This document shows positions 9,367-19,980 of a DNA stretch of 64,000 nt, piece by piece (the first letter of the stretch is position 1; each line of letters begins with the position of its first letter). The stretch comes from Methanosarcinales archaeon (lineage in GTDB: Archaea > Halobacteriota > UBA148 > JAUWXC01), in NCBI GenBank assembly GCA_026016205.1, contig CP061209.1:33685-97684 (forward strand). Reading direction: 5' to 3'. The translations under genes and the position numbers were made by a program. The notes under the pieces were generated by a model. The model was not told the DNA's origin. It was given only the letters and a program-made list of their open reading frames with translations, and did no database searches.

Positions 9367-10524
9367 CTATTTGTTGCCGATTCCATCTATTATATCACTG
9401 TACTTGGATGCAATTGCATCCCAGCCAAGTTCTGCCAAATCACATTTGACCTCTATTGGTCGTTCATAACATTTAATGAGTGCCCTTGTAATTGCATCTG
9501 CATCGCCGGGCGGAACGAAAATTGTGCCGCTATACTTGGCCATGGACTCTTCCAATCCGCCAACCTTGGAGCCGATGATGGGTTTTTTGTAGCACATTGC
9601 TATGTGGGCTGCGCCGCTCTGCGACGCCCTTGTGTATGGGAAAACGATTACATCTGCAGCCGAGAAGTACAGCGGAACTTCATCATCAGAAACGTATCTT
9701 GGCATCAGTGTTATCTGGTCCCTGCGCTTTGACGTTGCAACCCGTTCAACCACTTCATCTCCACCTTCCCAGAGTTCTCCAACGATGAACAATCTCGCAT
9801 TCTTCGCTATTTCTTCTGGCAATCGTTCGAATGCATCGATGAGGTATGGAATGCCCTTGTATCTCCTGACCAATCCAAAATGCAAAATGACGAATTTCTC
9901 CTTGATTTTCAGTGTAGATTTGGCTTTTTTCCTGTCGATTTGTTTGTAGTGGTCGTAGAGCCCATGTGGGATGACGTGTATTTTTTCTACATCCAGATGG
10001 TATTTGGATGCGATCTGTTTCTTGTCGAAGTTGGAGTGTACAACGTATGCATCTGCTTTGCACGTTAGCAAACGTCCGGCTATGCGTGAGTATAACCTAA
10101 TAGGTAGAATCGCCTCCTCTAACGGGTCAACAACCTCGTGAAATTCAATGATGAGTTTTGATTTCAGAGATAGCGCATTTAACATCTTTAAAATCAAGTG
10201 CATGTGCGCCACCGATGATGTCCACCACTGCAGTATGATGACATCAGGCTTCTGCTTTTTGATAAAGCGAAACGCCCCGTTCCAGCTCAATGGTGAATTG
10301 TAATCCATGCCATCATAAACCGCGACATTCGATGAAAATTCAAGGTCCGATATCTTTTTTCCCACGTGCTCTTTTCCCGGAAACAAAAATTGGGGCAACA
10401 ATTTTCTCAAACAGACTACTGACACGTTATTCGATATCGCCAGTGCGTTAGCAAGGCGAATCGTGTAGTAGCTCAGCCCGCTTAAAAATCGTTTTGACGG
10501 TCCAACGATGCATATATTCCTCAT
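9367..10524 (-). CDS. GT4-family glycosyltransferase
   Basis: GT-B pattern. The C-terminal half reads 'FGLVRRYKGIPYLIDAF...' then 'FPYTRASQSGAAHIAMCYKKPIIGSKVGGLEE' (an E-x7-E-like region). Confidence 0.8.
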   Translation of the reverse strand: MRNICIVGPSKRFLSGLSYYTIRLANALAISNNVSVVCLRKLLPQFLFPGKEHVGKKISDLEFSSNVAVYDGMDYNSPLSWNGAFRFIKKQKPDVIILQWWTSSVAHMHLILKMLNALSLKSKLIIEFHEVVDPLEEAILPIRLYSRIAGRLLTCKADAYVVHSNFDKKQIASKYHLDVEKIHVIPHGLYDHYKQIDRKKAKSTLKIKEKFVILHFGLVRRYKGIPYLIDAFERLPEEIAKNARLFIVGELWEGGDEVVERVATSKRRDQITLMPRYVSDDEVPLYFSAADVIVFPYTRASQSGAAHIAMCYKKPIIGSKVGGLEESMAKYSGTIFVPPGDADAITRALIKCYERPIEVKCDLAELGWDAIASKYSDIIDGIGNK

Positions 10525-10591
10525 TGTAACAACTAATGAGGTAGTGAGGATTTATAAATAGTTCTGGAATAATGGACAAGAGGTTAGTCAA

Positions 10592-11650
10592 TTGAAAATA
10601 GCACAGGTTTGCCCCAGATATCATCCAGATGTAGGCGGCGTGGAGACGCATGTAAGGGAGATCAGCGAGCGATTGGTGCAGAAAAGATTTGACGTTGAAG
10701 TTATTACTACCGATCCTTCAGGCAAACTCCACGATGAAGTAATCAATAGAGTGAATGTAACACGATTCAAGTCAATCGCACCCAACGATGCCTTCTTCTT
10801 TGCCCCCGGGATATACGGTTATCTCAAAGATCGAGACTACGACATAATTCATGCGCATAACTACCATGCGTTTCCTGCGTTATTTGCTGCCTTTGCCAAA
10901 AAGGATAGGAATTTTGTCTTCACATCTCATTATCATGGACTTGGACACACTTTTATTCGAAATCTACTCCTCAAGCCATATCGCCCGCTTGGAGCGAAAA
11001 TATTTAAAAAAGCAGACAAGGTGATATGCGTATCGCAGTTTGAGTTGAATTTAATAAAGGATCACTTCAACGTTCCTGCATCCAAGTTAATTAACATTCC
11101 CAATGGCATAAATTTGGACGAATTCAGGGACATCAAACCACTTGAAAGAGAACATAAAACGATTCTATTTGTGGGGCGACTTGAGAAGTATAAAGGCGTG
11201 CAGCACATCATCCAAGCGTTGCCATTACTGGCAGAGTATCGTTTTGAAATCGTGGGAACGGGTCCTTGTGAACAAGAATTGAAACAATTGGCAGGCAACC
11301 TTGGCATAAGCGAGAGGATTAACTGGATAAAAGAGTTATCGAGAGTGGAACTATTGCAGCACTACAAGTCCGCAGATGTTTTTGTCATACTTTCTGGGCA
11401 CGAGGCATATGGGATAGTAGTAGCAGAGGCACTTGCGAGCGGAACGCCGTGTATCGTCGCTGATACCGGTGCATTAAGCGAGTTTGTGGATGATAAAATG
11501 TGCTTTGGGATTGCATTGCCTGTAGAAGCGAATGAACTGGCTGAAATGATAGAACGCGCAGCATCAGTGAAACAAGCCAAATACGACAGAAATTTGATGG
11601 GCTGGGACGAAGTCGTAGAACGTTTGATTGATGTGTATGAGAGGATATGA
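10592..11650 (+). CDS. GT4-family glycosyltransferase
   Basis: 'GGVETHVREISERL', 'VGRLEKYKGVQHII' and 'EAYGIVVAEALASGTPCIVADTGALSEFV' are present. The start codon is TTG, as in the ORF track. Confidence 0.8.
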   Translation: MKIAQVCPRYHPDVGGVETHVREISERLVQKRFDVEVITTDPSGKLHDEVINRVNVTRFKSIAPNDAFFFAPGIYGYLKDRDYDIIHAHNYHAFPALFAAFAKKDRNFVFTSHYHGLGHTFIRNLLLKPYRPLGAKIFKKADKVICVSQFELNLIKDHFNVPASKLINIPNGINLDEFRDIKPLEREHKTILFVGRLEKYKGVQHIIQALPLLAEYRFEIVGTGPCEQELKQLAGNLGISERINWIKELSRVELLQHYKSADVFVILSGHEAYGIVVAEALASGTPCIVADTGALSEFVDDKMCFGIALPVEANELAEMIERAASVKQAKYDRNLMGWDEVVERLIDVYERI

Positions 11651-12792
11651 TGAAGATCTGCATCGTTGTGCCTTTTTTCACGCCCTTCGTGAGGGGTAAT
11701 GAGTTTGGGCTTGCACAGAGCCTCATAGAGTTGGGAAACGATGTAACGATTCTTACTTCCACTGCAAAAGCTCCCAGGGAGGAGATGATAAGAGGAAAAG
11801 ACTACAACTTTTATTCCTACGATTTTAAGGTAAAGTATCTCCCAACACCCTTGAATGTAGGGGAGAATCCAATCGTTCCTTCTGTTTTTACTCATATTCT
11901 CAAAAATGGTTATGATGTAGTGCTCCTGCAAGAGGACTACCCCATCATCTGTCATCTTGCTTATTTTGCAGCAAGGTTGAAGCGAACGCCCACGGTATTG
12001 TCTACGGAGAGAACATATTATCCAGAGGATCTTACAAAGAAAACTTCGTTGAAAATTCTTGACAAAACAGCCAACAAAATCATGAGAAATGGGGTTGATG
12101 TGATGACGGCGCACTGCACTGCCGCCAAGGAATTTATGATAAAAGAAGTGGGAGTAAAAAGGGAGATAAAAATCATTCCTGTTGGCGTGGACACGAAATT
12201 GTTCAAGCAGATGAAAAGCAAAGAACAACATCTCACATCAGGCGAACTAAAGATACTAACGGTTGCGAGATTGCACAAATACAAGGGATTAAATTACCTA
12301 ATAAATGCGATGAAAACCGTGCACGAAGAAATACCAGATGCAAGACTCTACATCTTGGGAAAAGGTCCAGAAGAGCGAAATCTCGGAAATTTGGTGAAAA
12401 ATCTTGCTTTGGAGGACGTGATCGAGTTCATAAAAACGCCTATTCCCAATCATAAAATGCCAGAATTATATGCGGAATGCGACGTTTACGTGCAGCCAAG
12501 CATAGTTGAACCTTTTGGAATTGCTGTGCTTGAGGCAATGGCTTGCGGTAAGCCCGTTATCGGCACGAAGGTAGGAGGAATGATAGATACGATCGTCGAC
12601 GGTGAAACTGGATTCTTGGTGAACCCCAAGGACTCAAAGGAATTGGCTGAGCGGATAATAATGCTTAAGGACGAAAAGCCGAGGAAGAAATTAGGTAAAA
12701 ACGCAAGAGAGAGGGCAGTAAAGCATTTCGATTGGAAAGAGATAGGGCTGGAATACCAGAAACTATTGAAGCCTTCAAATCTTGGGGGTTAA
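11647..12792 (+). CDS. GT4-family glycosyltransferase
   Basis: 'VARLHKYKGLNYLINAM' and 'PSIVEPFGIAVLEAMACGKPVIGTKVGGMIDTIVDGETGFLV' are present. It overlaps the upstream gene by 4 nt, indicating an operon. Confidence 0.85.
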   Translation: MMKICIVVPFFTPFVRGNEFGLAQSLIELGNDVTILTSTAKAPREEMIRGKDYNFYSYDFKVKYLPTPLNVGENPIVPSVFTHILKNGYDVVLLQEDYPIICHLAYFAARLKRTPTVLSTERTYYPEDLTKKTSLKILDKTANKIMRNGVDVMTAHCTAAKEFMIKEVGVKREIKIIPVGVDTKLFKQMKSKEQHLTSGELKILTVARLHKYKGLNYLINAMKTVHEEIPDARLYILGKGPEERNLGNLVKNLALEDVIEFIKTPIPNHKMPELYAECDVYVQPSIVEPFGIAVLEAMACGKPVIGTKVGGMIDTIVDGETGFLVNPKDSKELAERIIMLKDEKPRKKLGKNARERAVKHFDWKEIGLEYQKLLKPSNLGG

Positions 12793-12794
12793 TC

Positions 12795-14024
12795 ATGCCG
12801 GATAATAACCTGAACATATGCTATGTCGCACCAGACATACCTGTGCCACATACAGGCACTTTTGTCGGCGGCTCCACCCATGTTCTTAAAATCGCTGAAG
12901 GTCTGGCAAAAAGGGGAAATAATGTCTACATCCTATCAAGGCGAGTGAACAAAGGACAGAAAAGATTCGAGAAACTGGGCGAGAATCTGTTCACACACAG
13001 GGTATACAGAGGAATAATATGTCCTATTGAGAGAACTGCGTCCCGAAAATTAAACGCTCCTAAAGAACGTAAAGGCATATCCAGCATACTTGAGTCGATA
13101 TATTTTCTAACCGTCTATCGTCTAGCCTTGATGATTATTGTGGCAAGGATAATACGAAAACATAACATCCACATCGTACTTGAAAGAAACTCCTCGAAGG
13201 GGGCGGGAGTACTCACCGGAGCCATCTTTGGTATCCCATCTGTGGTCGAAGTAATAGATCCAGATTACAGTAACTTGGCACTAAAACTTGCTAAAAGGGT
13301 GTTTGTGTATACGAGCAAGATTTTAGATCCCAGTTTTCCAAAGGATAAAGTTGTGTTAACGAGTGCTGGAGTGGATACAGAAATATTCAACCCAGACGCA
13401 GATGGCGATAGTATCCGAGATGCCTACGAGCTTCATGATAAAGACGTAGTCGTCTACGTCGGCGAGATGAGTGCATGGCATGGTGCTGAGAATCTTGTGC
13501 ACGTTGCAAGTAAGTTGGATCAAAACATTGGATCAAAACACCAGATTCTCATGGTCGGAAAAAATGTGGAATCGTTAAAAGAGGTGGCAGAAAAAAATGG
13601 TGTTTTAGACAAATTCGTTTTTGCAGGCTTTGTCAAGCATGAAGACGTTCCCAAGTACATCACAGCCGCAGACGTTGCGGTTGCACCGTACAATCCAAAG
13701 GGATTCAAGTATATGGAAAAATATGGATTTTACTTCTCGCCAATTAAAATCTTTGAGTACATGGCTTGCGCCAAACCGATTGTAACTACTAATATCGAGA
13801 TTGTTAAGGACATTATCGAGAAGAATCAATGCGGCATATTGGTAGAGCCCGGGAACATTGATGAAATAGCGCATGCAATAGATTATTTGTTCAAGAACAA
13901 AAAGAAAGCGAGAGAGATGGGAAGAAACGGAAGAAGCGCTGTGTTGAAAAGTTATTCATGGGACAAGGTATCAGGTCAGATATATGAAAGTATGATGGAA
14001 ATACTTGAAGGTGGAAACGAATGA
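12795..14024 (+). CDS. GT4-family glycosyltransferase
   Basis: Start taken at MPDNNLNICYVAPD, immediately after the upstream stop. 'GGSTHVLKIAEGLAKRGNNV' and 'KIFEYMACAKPIVTTNIEIVKDIIEKNQCGILVEPGN' are present. Confidence 0.8.
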   Translation: MPDNNLNICYVAPDIPVPHTGTFVGGSTHVLKIAEGLAKRGNNVYILSRRVNKGQKRFEKLGENLFTHRVYRGIICPIERTASRKLNAPKERKGISSILESIYFLTVYRLALMIIVARIIRKHNIHIVLERNSSKGAGVLTGAIFGIPSVVEVIDPDYSNLALKLAKRVFVYTSKILDPSFPKDKVVLTSAGVDTEIFNPDADGDSIRDAYELHDKDVVVYVGEMSAWHGAENLVHVASKLDQNIGSKHQILMVGKNVESLKEVAEKNGVLDKFVFAGFVKHEDVPKYITAADVAVAPYNPKGFKYMEKYGFYFSPIKIFEYMACAKPIVTTNIEIVKDIIEKNQCGILVEPGNIDEIAHAIDYLFKNKKKAREMGRNGRSAVLKSYSWDKVSGQIYESMMEILEGGNE

Positions 14025-14136
14025 AGGGTAATATGAAGTAATTATAAATGGAGGAAAAGTAGGGTAGTATGGGGAGAAAAAGTTGAGGCCGAAGATAAAT
14101 TTGAGAGAGCGTATAGAGAACTAAAAGGTTTGCAAC

Positions 14137-15192
14137 ATGAGAGTTTGTTATTTTGGCTCATATAACAGAAACTATTCCAGAAACAGGGTAATAATTAAAG
14201 GATTAAAGCAAAACGATGTAGATGTTATTGAGTGTCAGGATGCGTCGATATTTTGGGCTCGCTGTTTTAAGTTGTTTTGGAAATATCTTCAGACAAAAAA
14301 GCACGATGCGATCATAGTTGGTGCGCAAGGGCATGCAAATGTCCTGATTGCATGGTTTTTATCAAGAGTCTTTAATAGAAGGCTTGTGTTCGATCCGTTT
14401 ATTTCTTTATACGACACAGCTGTATTTGACAGAAAGGAGGTTGATAGAAAGTCTATGAAGGCAAAGTATTACTACTACTTAGACAAAATTTCATGTAAAC
14501 TTGCCGATGTGGTTATCGCGGATACCAAACAACACGCAAAGTATTTTTCTAAAGGATTTGCCATCCCTAAAGAGAAGATTAAAGTAATTTATATAGGCGC
14601 TGATGATGGAGTATTCTACCCAAGAGAAGTAAGTAGACAAAATAATAAGTGTATAGTTGAATTTCACGGATCGTTTGTCCCTCTGCAGGGTGTGCCGTAT
14701 ATCATAAAGGCGGCAAAGATTTTGGAAAAGGAGAATATCATATTCAAAATCATTGGGAAAGGGCAAACATATGGAGAAGTCTTGAAGTTATCAAAGGGAT
14801 TAAAGGTAAAAAATGTGTCGTTTTTGGGGTGGGTAAACTATGAAAACCTCCCAAATTACATTGCTGAAGCGGACGTTTGCTTAGGGATATTTGGAGATAC
14901 AGAGAAGGCAAAAAGAGTAATTCCAAATAAGGCGTTTGAAATACTTGCTATGAGAAAACCATTGATAACTAGTGATTCGTCTGCGGTTAGAGAGGTGCTA
15001 ACGCATGAAGAAAATACATTGCTGTGTGAAATGGCAGATCCCGAATCTTTAGCCGAGGCGATATTAACGCTAAAAGACGATGAAATATTGAGAAGCAAAA
15101 TTGCTGAAAAAGGATACAGACTCTATAAAGAACGTTTTACACCACTCAAAATAGGAGAAGAAGTTAAAGGAATCGTTGAAGAAATATGCTAG
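14137..15192 (+). CDS. Glycosyltransferase (GT-B fold, GT4-like)
   Basis: 'FHGSFVPLQGVPYIIKAAKIL' and 'IPNKAFEILAMRKPLITSDSSAVREVL' are present. This is the first gene of the AT-rich block. Confidence 0.7.
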   Translation: MRVCYFGSYNRNYSRNRVIIKGLKQNDVDVIECQDASIFWARCFKLFWKYLQTKKHDAIIVGAQGHANVLIAWFLSRVFNRRLVFDPFISLYDTAVFDRKEVDRKSMKAKYYYYLDKISCKLADVVIADTKQHAKYFSKGFAIPKEKIKVIYIGADDGVFYPREVSRQNNKCIVEFHGSFVPLQGVPYIIKAAKILEKENIIFKIIGKGQTYGEVLKLSKGLKVKNVSFLGWVNYENLPNYIAEADVCLGIFGDTEKAKRVIPNKAFEILAMRKPLITSDSSAVREVLTHEENTLLCEMADPESLAEAILTLKDDEILRSKIAEKGYRLYKERFTPLKIGEEVKGIVEEIC

Positions 15193-15722
15193 TTTGCTTA
15201 AATATAGGTTGTGGATTAAGGAAAAAAGAGGGACATATAGGAGTTGACATTGTAAAAGTAGAGGGAATTGGTGTTGTCGCCAGAGTTGAAAACTTACCAT
15301 TTAAAATTAATTCCGTAGATAAAATTTATACGAGACATACACTTGAGCATGTAAGCGATTTTGAGAGAGCAATAAAAGAAATGTGGAGAGTTTGTAAGCC
15401 AAATGCTATTGTAGAGATCATTGTGCCTTTTTGGGCACATTCAAGCGCACATAATGATCCGCTACATAAGAGATTTTTCGGTTATTTTTCTTTTGACAAT
15501 TACTCTATACAAAAAGTTGATAAAACCTATATACCAAATAATGCTGTAAAATTCTATATTGAAGATAGAAAATATATATTTCCACGAAGACGAGTTCCAT
15601 TCTCTCTTCTGGATGCGTTGCTCGAATGGTTTGCAAATAAACACTACAATACATATGAATCTGCTTTAGCGAATATTTTCCCTGCATATGAAATTTATTT
15701 TAAATTACGGGTGGTTAAATGA
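15186..15722 (+). CDS. Class I SAM-dependent methyltransferase
   Basis: Motif I is 'LNIGCGLRKKEGHIGVD', followed by 'LEHVSDFERAIKEMWRVCKPNAIVEIIVP'. Confidence 0.75.
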   Translation: MLVCLNIGCGLRKKEGHIGVDIVKVEGIGVVARVENLPFKINSVDKIYTRHTLEHVSDFERAIKEMWRVCKPNAIVEIIVPFWAHSSAHNDPLHKRFFGYFSFDNYSIQKVDKTYIPNNAVKFYIEDRKYIFPRRRVPFSLLDALLEWFANKHYNTYESALANIFPAYEIYFKLRVVK

Positions 15723-15777
15723 ACATCTGCATGTTTGCAAAGGGCTTGCTGGTGCATATTACTGGTGGAGAAGAAAT

Positions 15778-16146
15778 ATGAACGCCCCAAAGGTTTCTGT
15801 AATAGTTTTAAACTATAATGGTAAAAGGTACTTAAGAGATTGTTTTGAAGCAATAAGGAAGAACACTAAGTACCTAAATTATGAAGCTGTAATGGTCGAT
15901 AATAACTCAACAGATGGAAGTGTGGATTTTGTTAAAAGTACTTTTCCCGGGGTTAAAATAATCGAAACTGGTGAAAACTGGGGATTTGCAGCTGGAAATA
16001 ATATAGGTATCAAAAAGACAAATAGCAAGTATGTCTTTCTGCTGAACAACGATACAATAGTTCAACCATATTGGCTTTCAAAAGTAGTTGAAACAGTTAA
16101 CTCAACCCGCCAATATTTGGTAAGTATCAATCACACACTAATGTAA
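15778..16146 (+). pseudogene. GT2 glycosyltransferase, N-terminal fragment only (about 122 aa); probably truncated
   Basis: 'VSVIVLNYNGKRYLRDCFEAIRKNT...VMVDNNSTDGS...GFAAGNNIGIKKTNSKYVFLLNNDT' is the first half of a GT-A fold. The ORF then stops at the point where the + and - strand glycan operons converge (16146/16174). Full-length relatives are about 300 aa. Confidence 0.5.
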
Positions 16147-16173
16147 TATTCATAGCTATCCGCCCCCCAGCAA

Positions 16174-17181
16174 TCATTTCGGAGCTCGCTTTAAAGTGAT
16201 GTTATCTAAAAGCCCTGTAACAAACCCAACAAAAGTCCATAATGACTTATAATAGACAATGAATGGAAGTAAAATAATTTCCCATGTGATGACCTCTCTC
16301 GCAATCGCCCGACTAGTCATATATGCAAATAATCCGATCACTGGAATGGATGCCAACACGATCTGCCCAACAGGGTATCCGTATATCAACATTCCTAAAA
16401 TCACAAAAGGAAACACAATGATATAAGCGGCCCCAATTATCGCGATGAGATTCATTTTTAGGGCACTCTTCAAATACTTCATATTTGCCCATGACTTTCC
16501 ATACCAGATACATCGTTTCCAGTATTCAGAGAACGTTTGTCCTTGTTTCTCCTCAACTGTAGTAGTATCAACAACTGGAAACAAGTAACCTTTCGCTTCT
16601 AGGTCTTTTTTAATTTTTTCCAATTTTTTATTATACACAACGTCCTCTCCTACTTCTAAGTCGGTATCGATTCCACCAATCATCCTCCAGACCTCTTTTC
16701 TGACCGCCCCAAGACCGATATGTCCGAATTTATAAGGTGGACGTGACATCATGATATTCTCATATAGAACTACCAATCTTGAAAAAAGTGTATTCGAAGA
16801 TGACTTTACTATCCTTTTTGTGTACACCCCCATCACTTTGTCTGAATCATTGAACGGCTCTGCAATTTTCTTTATGAAATCCACTGGAATAAAAACATCT
16901 ACATCGACCCCGAGGATAATATCTCCTTTTGCATTCACTAACCCAGCGTTTCGTGCAGCACCAACTCCTTTTGGCTCTTGATATATTATCCTGAACGGAA
17001 ATTTAGATTTGTCTTGATATTCCTCGATGATCTTTTCTGCCCCATCATCAGAGCTGTCCACCACAACAACTTCTATGTTAGGATAAGTTTGGCTTAATAT
17101 GCTGTTTAAGCATCTTCTTACCGTGTTCTTTGCATTTCTGCTGACTACAATTACTGAAACAAGTTTTTTATTTATGCCCAT
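16174..17181 (-). CDS. GT2 glycosyltransferase with C-terminal TM helices
   Basis: 'VSVIVVSRNAKNTVRRCLNSILSQTYPNIEVVVVDSSDDG' and 'GVDVDVF' (DxD) are present, with hydrophobic C-terminal segments. Start taken at MGINKK. Confidence 0.8.
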   Translation of the reverse strand: MGINKKLVSVIVVSRNAKNTVRRCLNSILSQTYPNIEVVVVDSSDDGAEKIIEEYQDKSKFPFRIIYQEPKGVGAARNAGLVNAKGDIILGVDVDVFIPVDFIKKIAEPFNDSDKVMGVYTKRIVKSSSNTLFSRLVVLYENIMMSRPPYKFGHIGLGAVRKEVWRMIGGIDTDLEVGEDVVYNKKLEKIKKDLEAKGYLFPVVDTTTVEEKQGQTFSEYWKRCIWYGKSWANMKYLKSALKMNLIAIIGAAYIIVFPFVILGMLIYGYPVGQIVLASIPVIGLFAYMTSRAIAREVITWEIILLPFIVYYKSLWTFVGFVTGLLDNITLKRAPK

Positions 17182-18055
17182 GTGTACTCTTCCTATTTGC
17201 GGGTTTAAAACATCTAACAATTAAATTATTGTAGAGCCATTTACTGAACAAACTATTAGAATATTTTTCATCGATTTTTAATAGTTTATCGTAATCTAAA
17301 GGTAGTTTAACTCCGATATTTGACAACATTTTGTTATTTGCTTTTGTAATCTCGTCAATTATTAGCCCCCGTTCTTCCAAAAATTGAGTCAATTCGCTTT
17401 CTCTAAACTCAAAAATATGTCGTGCTCCCGCATAGTCTGGCATTTCAAGCTCATATCTCAATTCACTTGGTAAGAATCGATTTTCCAGCTCTCTTTCAGT
17501 ATCTTTAACAGACGAATATTTAGGCGCTTTATTAAAATTTATGTTCTCTCTATTAGGTGTAGACAGAACAATCGTTCCCCCCTCTTTTAAAACTCTTTTT
17601 ATTTCATCTATACCCTCACTTGGGCTATCTAAATGTTCTATCATCTCTGTAGCTACAACACAATCAAATACTTCATCTTTGAAAGGCAAATCAAGTGCAT
17701 TAGCAACAATGGAGCACGACTTTAACTTATTCGTCTTAGCTTTCTTATTACACCATCCAAGAACATTCTGCTTAATATCCACTGAGTATACGTCAAATCC
17801 ATGGAAGATTAGTGGCAGTGATATATTCCCACTAGCGCAACCCAAATCAAGAATTTTCGATTTATGCGGCAAATTTGATTCTAAAATCAACTTTATTATC
17901 TTTTTAACTCTGCTTTCATAATAAAATCTATTTTTTGAGTTTGTATCCGCATATAGCTCATTTTTTTCACCTTTTAAGAATTTTTCAAATCCATTTGAAG
18001 GTGATGGGAGCCCAAATCTGAGCTTTATATGGTTTGTATTCTCTGATTCTTTCAT
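17168..18055 (-). CDS. Class I SAM-dependent methyltransferase
   Basis: 'ILDLGCASGNISLPLIFHGFDVYSVD' is motif I, followed by 'FDCVVATEMIEHLDSPSEGIDEIKRVLKEGGTIVLSTPN'. Confidence 0.8.
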   Translation of the reverse strand: MKESENTNHIKLRFGLPSPSNGFEKFLKGEKNELYADTNSKNRFYYESRVKKIIKLILESNLPHKSKILDLGCASGNISLPLIFHGFDVYSVDIKQNVLGWCNKKAKTNKLKSCSIVANALDLPFKDEVFDCVVATEMIEHLDSPSEGIDEIKRVLKEGGTIVLSTPNRENINFNKAPKYSSVKDTERELENRFLPSELRYELEMPDYAGARHIFEFRESELTQFLEERGLIIDEITKANNKMLSNIGVKLPLDYDKLLKIDEKYSNSLFSKWLYNNLIVRCFKPANRKSTHGHK

Positions 18056-19032
18056 TTCCTCTGCCTCCCTGTAATAAATCCTTTCCAGAAGTAAAATACA
18101 TCTAAGAAGTAATCTAAAAGTTTTACTGGAGGGACCAACATAAAAACTTTCAGGTCTTTCATAACTTTGAAAGCCCTTACGGCATTTCCAAATACTATTG
18201 TAGCGATATAAAGCGCTCCAAATATGCGAATGAAATTTGAGGGAATGAATAGTACGATGACTGCAAGTGTTTTGAAGATTTGGTTATTTATATCCCACGC
18301 CCTGAATCTATACTTTCTGAATAAAACGCCTTGTCCTTCCGCCAAGCGAGGTCTGTATTCAAATAATATCCTTGAAAGTTTAGCCACACGAGAAGAATGC
18401 AGATGATACACGGGCGTCGGAACCGACACCATCTTATATCCTACTTTAAACAATTTTATGCTCAAATCCACATCTTCACAAGCCGCTCTATATGTCTCTC
18501 CATCTAACCCCCAAAACTTTAAAAAAGTATCTTTCTTGAAAATAACGTTTTTGAGATCACTATATCCGTCTGTGCAAATTTCCACAGAGTTTTCATAATC
18601 TTCTTTCAAATCCCACGAGAATAAAGCTTTTTCCCAGAATCCAAACTTCTCGTAAATTTCTTTTGACAATATCACAGGTGAAGAGACTAACGCAACTTCG
18701 TCATCCTTGAGATAAGGGACTAATTTCTTGAACCATTCATTTTCAGCCAATAATATATCCTCATGAATCACGGAAACAATATCATTCTTTGAGGCTTTTA
18801 CACCCTTGTTTACCGAGCGAGCAAATCCCAGATTCGTATCATTGTTTATTATCTTTATGGGATATTGCTGCACAACTTTTAATGTGTCATCAATGGAGCA
18901 ATCATTAACAACAATTATGTCAAGTTCTCCATCATATTTCTGGTTCAAGATGGATTCTATCGTTTTGCCTATTGTCTTCTCGCCATTATATGTCGGTATT
19001 ACTACGCTTATTCCCGGATACTTATCACTCAT
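18052..19032 (-). CDS. GT2 glycosyltransferase
   Basis: 'ISVVIPTYNGEKTIGKTIESILNQKYDGELDIIVVNDCSIDDT' and 'SVIHEDILL' are present. Start taken at MSDKYPG, abutting the rfbB stop. Confidence 0.8.
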   Translation of the reverse strand: MSDKYPGISVVIPTYNGEKTIGKTIESILNQKYDGELDIIVVNDCSIDDTLKVVQQYPIKIINNDTNLGFARSVNKGVKASKNDIVSVIHEDILLAENEWFKKLVPYLKDDEVALVSSPVILSKEIYEKFGFWEKALFSWDLKEDYENSVEICTDGYSDLKNVIFKKDTFLKFWGLDGETYRAACEDVDLSIKLFKVGYKMVSVPTPVYHLHSSRVAKLSRILFEYRPRLAEGQGVLFRKYRFRAWDINNQIFKTLAVIVLFIPSNFIRIFGALYIATIVFGNAVRAFKVMKDLKVFMLVPPVKLLDYFLDVFYFWKGFITGRQRK

Positions 19033-19979
19033 TACTGCAATAATGGCTCCCACCACCATCTATTTTCAACATACCATTTAATAGTTCTCTTAATCCCTTC
19101 TTCAAACCGTACTTTGGGTTTCCAACCAAGCTGTTTTATCTTCCCCGTATCCAAAGAGTATCTAAAATCATGCCCCGGCCTATCCGTTACAAATTCTATC
19201 AAGCTCTCAGGTTTGTTTAACTCCTTGAGAATCATATTTACAATTTCTATGTTTTGTTTTTCATTTCCACTTGCGATATTATAAATTTCTCCTATTTTTC
19301 CTTTCCTAAATACCACATCTATTGCCTCGCAATTATCCAAAACGTAAATCCAATCTCTAACATTTCCCCCTTCTCCATAGATAGGGAGAGGTTTGTCATG
19401 TAAAGCATTTAAAATGAGAACGGGAATTAGCTTCTCTGGATATTGGTAAGGACCAAAATTGTTTGAACTACGAGTTATTAATACTGGCAAGCCATAAGTC
19501 TTGTAGTAGGCTTTAACTAACAAATCCGCTCCCGCTTTGCTAGCTGAGTAAGGAGAAGACGGGTCTAACATATCTTCTTCTTTAAAAGAGCCTTTTTCTA
19601 TCGAACCATATATTTCATCCGTGCTTATTTGGATGTATTTTCCAATGTTATGCTTCCTTGCATACTCTAAGAGATTATAGGTTCCAAGAACGTCTGTTTT
19701 TACAAATATGCCTGCATCTATTATCGAACGGTCAACATGCGTCTCTGCTGCAAAGTTGAATATAACATCGCATTCTTTTACTTTTTCAACATCTTTCCTG
19801 TCGCAAATATCTCCTTTGATGAACTTTATTTTATCCATCACGTCTTGTAAATTCTCTATTCTGCCAGCATAAGTCAGTTTATCTAAGACTACAATCTCTT
19901 CATCAGGATACTTCTTTAGCATATATCGAACAAAATTGCACCCTATAAAGCCCGCACCACCTGTTATTAATATTTTCAT
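19032..19979 (-). CDS. rfbB: dTDP-glucose 4,6-dehydratase
   Basis: '[19 protein letters not shown]', 'FAAETHVDRSI', 'ISTDEIYG' and 'YSASKAGADLLVKAY' (the YxxxK catalytic motif) match the RmlB signature order. Confidence 0.85.
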   Translation of the reverse strand: MKILITGGAGFIGCNFVRYMLKKYPDEEIVVLDKLTYAGRIENLQDVMDKIKFIKGDICDRKDVEKVKECDVIFNFAAETHVDRSIIDAGIFVKTDVLGTYNLLEYARKHNIGKYIQISTDEIYGSIEKGSFKEEDMLDPSSPYSASKAGADLLVKAYYKTYGLPVLITRSSNNFGPYQYPEKLIPVLILNALHDKPLPIYGEGGNVRDWIYVLDNCEAIDVVFRKGKIGEIYNIASGNEKQNIEIVNMILKELNKPESLIEFVTDRPGHDFRYSLDTGKIKQLGWKPKVRFEEGIKRTIKWYVENRWWWEPLLQ

Positions 19980-19980
19980 T

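Noticed and set aside
11362-12231. 289-aa - strand ORF
   Set aside because: It is antisense to two consecutive, well-supported GT4 genes. The translation has no motif and an atypical composition.
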